Position numbers and translations under genes: made by a program. Shown here piece after piece: positions 26,664 to 32,287 of a stretch of 64,000 nt of DNA. Where the stretch lies: NCBI GenBank assembly GCA_902798975.1, contig CADBYT010000011.1, positions 628-64,627 on the forward strand. The letters run 5' to 3'. Source of the DNA: an uncultured Bacteroidia bacterium. Its GTDB lineage: Bacteria; Bacteroidota; Bacteroidia; Bacteroidales; UBA932. The notes under the pieces are model-generated. The model saw only the letters and a program-made list of their open reading frames with translations, ran no database searches and was not told the DNA's origin. Numbering within the stretch: the stretch's first letter is position 1; each line of letters begins with the position of its first letter.

Positions 26664-27407
26664 ATGGATAAATTGCGCACCAGAAGATCCGTTTGGATGG
26701 TGATCATCTTCACCGTCCTTCACGCGCTGACCTGTATAGCCTGCCGCTCGCTGGGAGTGGAGGATACGCAGGCCCTGACGCTGCTGACGCTCGCCATGGT
26801 GTTCATCATCTGTAGCCTGAGCGGCATCAAGATCTATTATTCCCTTGTGGTCCTGGTGCTCGTGAACGTGCTGGCGTACCTGATCGGCAATGCACTGCCT
26901 GCGCTCCTGGACCCCTGGTTGGGGGAAGGAAGTATATGGGTTCACGTGATTTCGACGTCGGTGACGACGTTTTTACTGGGCGGAGCGCTCGTGTTCGCCC
27001 TACAGCGAGTTACCCCCCCCAATACCGTCTTCAACAATCAGCAGGATAATAAGACCTCCAGGCACTATCGCGTGCGTTGGATCGTCCGGCTGGGCAACCG
27101 GATCGTGCCCGTGATGACGGACCAGATCGCTTGCTTCTTCTCGGAGGATAAGAGCAATTATCTGATGACCTTCGATGGTGAGCGCTACATCGTGGACGCC
27201 ACGATGGACGCCATCTCTGAGGAGTTGGATCCGGAACTTTTTTTCCGGATCAACCGCAGCTGCATCCCTGCGCTCGGCGCCATCGGGAGCGCTGTCGTGA
27301 ACGCCGGCCGCTACGCGGTGGAGATACACCCCAAACCGGGCGACGTGTCCACGGTCGTCACGCGCTCCCGCGAGAGCGACTTCCTGCATTGGCTGGAAAA
27401 AGGCTGA
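26664..27407 (+). CDS. Membrane-anchored LytTR-family regulator (about 4 TM + LytTR, no receiver domain)
   Basis: Hydrophobic N-terminal half; IACFFSEDKSNYL, LDPELFFRINRSCI, VVTRSR. Confidence 0.85.
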   Translation: MDKLRTRRSVWMVIIFTVLHALTCIACRSLGVEDTQALTLLTLAMVFIICSLSGIKIYYSLVVLVLVNVLAYLIGNALPALLDPWLGEGSIWVHVISTSVTTFLLGGALVFALQRVTPPNTVFNNQQDNKTSRHYRVRWIVRLGNRIVPVMTDQIACFFSEDKSNYLMTFDGERYIVDATMDAISEELDPELFFRINRSCIPALGAIGSAVVNAGRYAVEIHPKPGDVSTVVTRSRESDFLHWLEKG

Positions 27408-27433
27408 TCCGTTTTGTGGACCAGCCTTTTTTC

Positions 27434-27463
27434 GTCATTCGCCGGCTCCGACCGGCGAATCTC
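27434..27463. repeat. CGTC-type REP-like palindrome
   Basis: GTCATTCGCCGG-CTCCGA-CCGGCGAAT-CTC between convergent genes, abutting the SDR stop. Confidence 0.85.
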
Positions 27464-28258
27464 CTACAACTTATAGTAGCTCCCCAGGATCGCCGCGAAC
27501 CAGCTCGGCGGCAGAAGCTTCTTCAGCGTCACGGAGAGGCGCTGCTCCAGCGTCGAGATGATGTAATGGTAGCGCGGCCGTTTCTTGCAAACGATTTTGG
27601 CAATCTTGCCCGCCAGGTATTCCGGCTTCAGGCCGGTGGTCTCGTCCTTCTCGATGCTCGCGAGCGACTTCTCGTAAGCCTTGTACACAGCGTACGCCTC
27701 GGGATTGGCAACGCTCTTGCGCTGCGCCGTGAAGGAGGTGGCGAAGTCGCCCGGCTCGATCACGACCACCTGGATGCCGAAGGCCTTCGTCTCCAGGCGA
27801 AGCGCCTCGCAATAACCCTCGATGGCGAATTTCGAGGCGGAATAGAGTCCCTGGAACGGAAGCCCCATCAGGCCGCCGATCGAGCTGAAACAGAGGATCT
27901 TGCCGCCGCCCTGGGTACGCATGACGGGCAGGACGTAGTGCAGGAAACGCACCATTCCCATCCAGTTCACGTCCATCTGGCGCTCCGCGTCCTCCAGCGA
28001 GGAGAACTCGAGCGGGCCGCCGATGCCCATGCCGGCGTTGTTGATGAACACGTCGATGCGGCCTTCCGCGTCAACCACCTGTTTCACCGCCGCCTCGCAG
28101 TCTGCCGGATTCTGGGCGTCGGCCTTGATGTAGGTGACGCCGGGCAGGAATTCCGTCGCTTTGCGATGGGTGCCGTAGACCTTGTGGCCGTCGGCGCTCA
28201 GCCGGGCGGCCATCGCCTTGCCGAAGCCGGAGGTGATGCCGGTGATCAGGATGATCAT
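27464..28258 (-). CDS. Short-chain dehydrogenase/reductase
   Basis: TGITSGFG, INNAG, SSIGG, YSASK, IEPG. Confidence 0.93.
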   Translation of the reverse strand: MIILITGITSGFGKAMAARLSADGHKVYGTHRKATEFLPGVTYIKADAQNPADCEAAVKQVVDAEGRIDVFINNAGMGIGGPLEFSSLEDAERQMDVNWMGMVRFLHYVLPVMRTQGGGKILCFSSIGGLMGLPFQGLYSASKFAIEGYCEALRLETKAFGIQVVVIEPGDFATSFTAQRKSVANPEAYAVYKAYEKSLASIEKDETTGLKPEYLAGKIAKIVCKKRPRYHYIISTLEQRLSVTLKKLLPPSWFAAILGSYYKL

Positions 28259-28259
28259 A

Positions 28260-29453
28260 TTACTTGATGATGCCGAGTTCGCGGAAGATGCGGGTCAGCA
28301 CGGCCACGGCCTCGTCCACCTGCTCGGTGGTGTGGGTGGCCATGAGGGCGAAGCGGATGAGCACGTCGCTCTCCGGCACGGCCGGCGCGATGACCGGGGT
28401 GATGAACACGCCCTGCTCGTAGGCCAGGCGCACGATCTTCATCGCCTTGATCGTGTCGCGCACGAAGAGCGGGATGATCGGGGACTGGGTGTGGCCCGTG
28501 TCGAAGCCGGCCTTCTTGAAGGCCTCCTGGGCGTGGCGCGTGACCTTCCAGAGGTTCTCGCGGCGCTCCGGCTCTTCGATCATGATGTCCAGGGCCTTGC
28601 TGGCGGCGGCCACGGCGGCCGGGGTCATGGAGGCGCTGAAGATCAGCGAACGGGAGTTGTGCTTGAGGTAGGTGAGGACTTCCTTGTCGCCGGCGATGAA
28701 GCCGCCCAGCGAACCGAAGCTCTTGGAGAAGGTGCCCATGATGAGGTCGGTCTCCTTCGTCAGGCCGAAGTGGCTGGCGGTGCCGGAGCCATTCTCTCCG
28801 ATCACGCCGAGACCGTGGGCGTCGTCGACCATGACGGCAGCCCGGTATTTCCTGGCCAGGCGCACGATGTCGGGCAGCGGGGCGATGTCGCCTTCCATCG
28901 AGTAGACGCCGTCCACCACGATGAGCTTCGGAGCGTTCTTCGGGGTCAGGAAGAGCTTGCGTTCCAGGGCGCCCATGTCGTTGTGGGCGAACTTGCGCAC
29001 CTCGCTGAAACTCAGACGGCTGCCGTCGATGATGCAGGCGTGGTCCAGGGAGTCCAGGAAGATGTAGCCGCCGCGGAAACCGAGGCAACCCACGACGCCC
29101 AGGTTCACCTGGAATCCGGTGCTGTAGGTCACGGCTTCTTCCTTGCCCACGAACTTCGCCAGTTTCTCTTCCAGCTCCTCGTGGATGTCGAGGGTACCGT
29201 TGAGGAAACGGCTGCCGGAGCAGCTGGTGCCATATTTCTCTATTGCTTTGATTGCGGCCTCCTTGAGGCGGGGGTCATCGGATAGTCCAAGATAGGAGTT
29301 CGAGCCGAACATCAGGACTTTGCTGCCGTCAGCCATGGTGACGAGGGGATCCTGACCGGAGGAAATGGGGCGGTAGTAGGGATAGATCCCTGCGGCCTTG
29401 GCCTCTGCTGCACGAGTGTCTTTCATGCAGAGCTCATTCAAAATCTTTTTCAT
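28260..29453 (-). CDS. spt: Serine palmitoyltransferase (alpha-oxoamine synthase family)
   Basis: YPYYRPI, VLMFGSNSYLGL, GSRFLNGTLDIH, STGFQVNLG, DDAHG, GTFSKS (PLP Lys); pattern recalls Bacteroides SPT more than BioF or Kbl. Confidence 0.8.
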   Translation of the reverse strand: MKKILNELCMKDTRAAEAKAAGIYPYYRPISSGQDPLVTMADGSKVLMFGSNSYLGLSDDPRLKEAAIKAIEKYGTSCSGSRFLNGTLDIHEELEEKLAKFVGKEEAVTYSTGFQVNLGVVGCLGFRGGYIFLDSLDHACIIDGSRLSFSEVRKFAHNDMGALERKLFLTPKNAPKLIVVDGVYSMEGDIAPLPDIVRLARKYRAAVMVDDAHGLGVIGENGSGTASHFGLTKETDLIMGTFSKSFGSLGGFIAGDKEVLTYLKHNSRSLIFSASMTPAAVAAASKALDIMIEEPERRENLWKVTRHAQEAFKKAGFDTGHTQSPIIPLFVRDTIKAMKIVRLAYEQGVFITPVIAPAVPESDVLIRFALMATHTTEQVDEAVAVLTRIFRELGIIK

Positions 29454-29481
29454 TCAGTACGGTTAAATTTAGTACAACATG

Positions 29482-29516
29482 CAAATATACACATTTTATC
29501 GAAAACCGTATATTTG
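29482..29516. promoter_or_regulatory. Back-to-back -7 promoters (TAtaTTTG on each strand) for spt and the flavoprotein
   Basis: caaatata at 29482-29489 and tatatttg at 29509-29516. Confidence 0.65.
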
Positions 29517-29520
29517 TGGT

Positions 29521-30777
29521 ATGGACCCTTTGCGGATTGCAATCATCGGCGGCGGGGCGGCCGGGGGCTTTTGCGCCATCGGCCTGAAGCGCCGTCTGCC
29601 CGGTGCTGACGTCACGATTTACGAGGCCGGCCCCAGGCTGCTGGCCAAGGTGGCCGTGACGGGCGGAGGTCGCTGCAATCTCACCAATTCTTTCCGCGAC
29701 GTGGCGCGGCTCGGCGAGGTGTATCCCCGCGGGGAGCAGCTGATGCGGCGCGCCCTGGCGGCATTCAGCCACGAGGACACGATGCGCTGGTTCGAGGCGG
29801 AGGGCGTCCGGCTCGTCGTGCAGGAGGACCAGTGCGTCTTCCCCGTCAGCCAGGATGCGATGCAGATTGTGCGGACGCTGGAGCGCTGCCTGCGGGAAAC
29901 GGGGGTGCGCGTCCGGCTGAATGCGCCCGTCGAGAGGCTTGAAGCGCAGCCGGACGGGTTCCGGTTGGAGATGCCCGATCGGGTCGGGCATGACATCAGT
30001 CATTCCCGGCTTGACCGGGAATCTCTTTACGACCGGATCGTGGTGACCGTCGGCGGGACGTCCCGGGAGAAGTTGGAGCGGCTGCTGCCGGATGGCGTCA
30101 AAGTCACCGACACCGTGCCGTCGCTCTTCACCCTGAAGATCCCCGACGCCGGCCTGCGCGCCCTGATGGGCACGGTCGTGGAGCAGGCGTCGCTGGCCCT
30201 GGCCGGGACCAAATTCCGCGCAGCGGGCACCCTGCTGCTGACCGACTGGGGCGTGAGCGGACCCGCGACGCTGCGCCTGTCTTCCTACGCCGCCCGCCAC
30301 CTGGCGGAAAACGGCTACGCCGGGACGTTGCTGGTCGACTGGCTGGATGCACCCGAGGCGGCCGCCCGGGAATGGATCAGCGCCACCGCGGCCGCGAATG
30401 CGAAAAAACAAGCCGCCAGCACGCCTCCGGACGGCATCACCGCCCGGCTCTGGCGCCACCTGCTGGGGCGTGCCGGGCTGCGGGAGGACCTGCGCTGGGC
30501 GGAGCTCGGCAGCAAGGGCGCGGCTCGGCTCGCAGCCACGTTGATCGCCGACGCCTATCCCGTCGCCGGCCGCGCCCGCTTCAAGGAGGAGTTCGTGACC
30601 TGCGGGGGCGTGGACCTCTCGGGAATCAATCTTAATACGCTGGAATCGAAAGCCTGCCCCGGACTCTATTTCGCCGGGGAGGCGCTGGATGTCGACGCCG
30701 TCACGGGCGGCTTCAATCTGCAGGCCGCCTGGTCTACCGCCGCGCTCGTGGCCGCAGCGATTACTTCAGGGTCTTGA
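29521..30777 (+). CDS. HI0933/YhiN-family NAD(P)/FAD-dependent oxidoreductase with in-frame REP insertion
   Basis: IIGGGAAG, KVAVTGGGRCNLTN, GVSGPA, VTCGGV, GLYFAGE, TGGFNLQAAW; start re-assigned to MDPLR. Confidence 0.92.
   Translation: MDPLRIAIIGGGAAGGFCAIGLKRRLPGADVTIYEAGPRLLAKVAVTGGGRCNLTNSFRDVARLGEVYPRGEQLMRRALAAFSHEDTMRWFEAEGVRLVVQEDQCVFPVSQDAMQIVRTLERCLRETGVRVRLNAPVERLEAQPDGFRLEMPDRVGHDISHSRLDRESLYDRIVVTVGGTSREKLERLLPDGVKVTDTVPSLFTLKIPDAGLRALMGTVVEQASLALAGTKFRAAGTLLLTDWGVSGPATLRLSSYAARHLAENGYAGTLLVDWLDAPEAAAREWISATAAANAKKQAASTPPDGITARLWRHLLGRAGLREDLRWAELGSKGAARLAATLIADAYPVAGRARFKEEFVTCGGVDLSGINLNTLESKACPGLYFAGEALDVDAVTGGFNLQAAWSTAALVAAAITSGS
29968..30025. repeat. Inverted doublet of CGTC-type REPs inside the coding sequence
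   Basis: GAGATGCCCGA-TCGGG-TCGGGCAT-GAC (29968-29994) and GTCATTCCCGG-CTTGA-CCGGGAAT-CTC (29999-30025). Confidence 0.9.
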
Positions 30778-30780
30778 TGC

Positions 30781-31110
30781 TTATTTTTCGTAGGAGGCTT
30801 CGTTGCCCGGGGATTCCTCCACCTCGACCTTGTAGCAGCCCGGGATCTGGTCGCAGATCCAGCGGGCGAGGTTTTCGGTGGTGGGGTTGCAGGGCATGAT
30901 GTCGTTGAGGTCGGCGTGGTCCAGGGTGCCGCAGATGCGCCTTTCGATGTCGCAGAAGTCCACCACCATGCCGTCGGCGTCCAGCGTCTCGGACGCGCAG
31001 TACACGGTGATTTTCCAGTTGTGCCCGTGGTCGGGCTCCGTCTGCGTGCCGCCCGCGAAGGAAATGTGGTGGCTGGCCGCGACGCTCATCGTTTTCTTGA
31101 CCTTATACAT
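30781..31110 (-). CDS. 6-pyruvoyl-tetrahydropterin synthase paralog with ExxHGH motif (PTPS-III type, predicted FolB bypass)
   Basis: AASHH, TEPDHGHNW, GMVVDF, LDH, PTTENLA. Confidence 0.8.
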   Translation of the reverse strand: MYKVKKTMSVAASHHISFAGGTQTEPDHGHNWKITVYCASETLDADGMVVDFCDIERRICGTLDHADLNDIMPCNPTTENLARWICDQIPGCYKVEVEESPGNEASYEK

Positions 31111-31696
31111 TGCCGCTCTTGTCGATGTAGCTGAGGAATTCGTTGCGGGTCTGGGGGTTGGTGCGGAAGGAGCCGGTCAGGTAGGTCGAGGTCATCACGC
31201 CGCTCTTGCGCACGCCGCGGCTCTCCTTGCACATGTGACGGCCGCGCATCATCAGCGCCATGCCGCGAGGCGGATTCTCGTCTCCGAGCGCTTCGGTCAG
31301 CATCTCCACCACGTCGTGCACCAGGCGCTCCTGCACCTGCAGCCGCGCGGCGCAGTAGTCCACCACGCGCCCGATCTTGCTCAGGCCGAGGATGCGGCCC
31401 CTGGGGTTGGGCAGGTAGGCGAACCAGTAGTCGCCGAAGAAGGTGCGGCAATGGTGCTCGCAGACGGAGTAGAAGGGGCCGCAGTCCACGACCATGTCGT
31501 CGTAGATGATGCCGTCCTGCCCGTTGGGGAAGGTGGTCACGACCGGCGCCTGGGCCGGGTCGTAGCCGCGGAACATCTCGCGGAACATCCGGACCATGCG
31601 GTCGGGCGTCTCCAGGAGGCCCGTGCGGTTCGGGTCTTCGCCGATGAATTCAAGCAGTTCGCGAATGTGCTGTTTGGCTTGTTCTTCCGTAATCAT
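31103..31696 (-). CDS. folE: GTP cyclohydrolase I
   Basis: GLLETPDR, SVCEHH, GLSKIGRVV, RLQVQERL, HMCKESRG. Confidence 0.96.
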   Translation of the reverse strand: MITEEQAKQHIRELLEFIGEDPNRTGLLETPDRMVRMFREMFRGYDPAQAPVVTTFPNGQDGIIYDDMVVDCGPFYSVCEHHCRTFFGDYWFAYLPNPRGRILGLSKIGRVVDYCAARLQVQERLVHDVVEMLTEALGDENPPRGMALMMRGRHMCKESRGVRKSGVMTSTYLTGSFRTNPQTRNEFLSYIDKSGNV

Positions 31697-32022
31697 AATT
31701 CGTAGGTTGCCGTGTTGTCTTCCGTTTCCTTGACGGTGACTTTGTAGCAGTCCGGGATCTGTTCGCAGATCCAGCGGGCCAGGTTTTCCGCGGTGGGGTT
31801 GAAGGGCAGGACTTCGTTGAGGTTGCGGTGGTCGAGCTGGTCGGTCACGCGTTCCTTGATGGTCTTGAAGTCTACCACCATCCCGTTCACGTCAAGGTCC
31901 TTAGACTTGCAGAAGACCTCGATCTCGTAGTTGTGCCCGTGCGGCCGGGCGCACTTGGTGGGGTAATCCACCTCCAGGTGGTGGCTCGCCGCGATGCGTA
32001 TCTTTTTGGAAACGTAAAACAT
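31693..32022 (-). CDS. queD: 6-carboxytetrahydropterin synthase (PTPS-I, CxxxHGH)
   Basis: KCARPHGHNY, GMVVDF, LDH, PTAENLA; start re-assigned to MFYVSKK, 7 nt after TAtcTTTG (32030-32037). Confidence 0.85.
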   Translation of the reverse strand: MFYVSKKIRIAASHHLEVDYPTKCARPHGHNYEIEVFCKSKDLDVNGMVVDFKTIKERVTDQLDHRNLNEVLPFNPTAENLARWICEQIPDCYKVTVKETEDNTATYEL

Positions 32023-32162
32023 GGTGCCGCAAAGATAGCAAAAAATCATTACTCCCTGATTTGCTTCCCCCACGCGGCGTCGGCAGCTTTGTTCTGCCCG
32101 GGCCAACAAAATGGCCCGTCCAGAATGAACAGCCGCCCGCCTTCTACAACGCCCGCGCACTA

Positions 32163-32270
32163 CTGTTTTTCGCATATTGCTGAAAGATAGTGTTTTATGA
32201 AAGTAACCGTGTCTCCAGGGGCCTGGTTACTTTCATAACTAATTCTGCTTGAAGCCTTTGAGAAAAACGG
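32163..32270. repeat. 108-bp symmetric element, copy 1
   Basis: Ends ctgtttt...aaaacgg; central AAGTAACC-N16-GGTTACTT at 32201-32232. Confidence 0.8.
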
Positions 32271-32287
32271 ACGTTTCAGGAAATTGG

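Noticed and set aside
28260-29453. BioF or Kbl assignment
   Set aside because: No bio or tdh neighbours, and the motifs (MFGSNSYLGL, GSRFLNGT, GTFSKS) fit SPT better; not fully excluded.
30781-32022. 7-deazaguanine DNA-modification (dpd) or phage-type cluster
   Set aside because: No dpdA/tgt, queC or queE nearby; housekeeping context; the active-site motifs explain the pair.
32023-32160. preQ1 riboswitch upstream of queD
   Set aside because: The -7 element is 7 nt from the ATG, leaving no leader; no preQ1 consensus seen.
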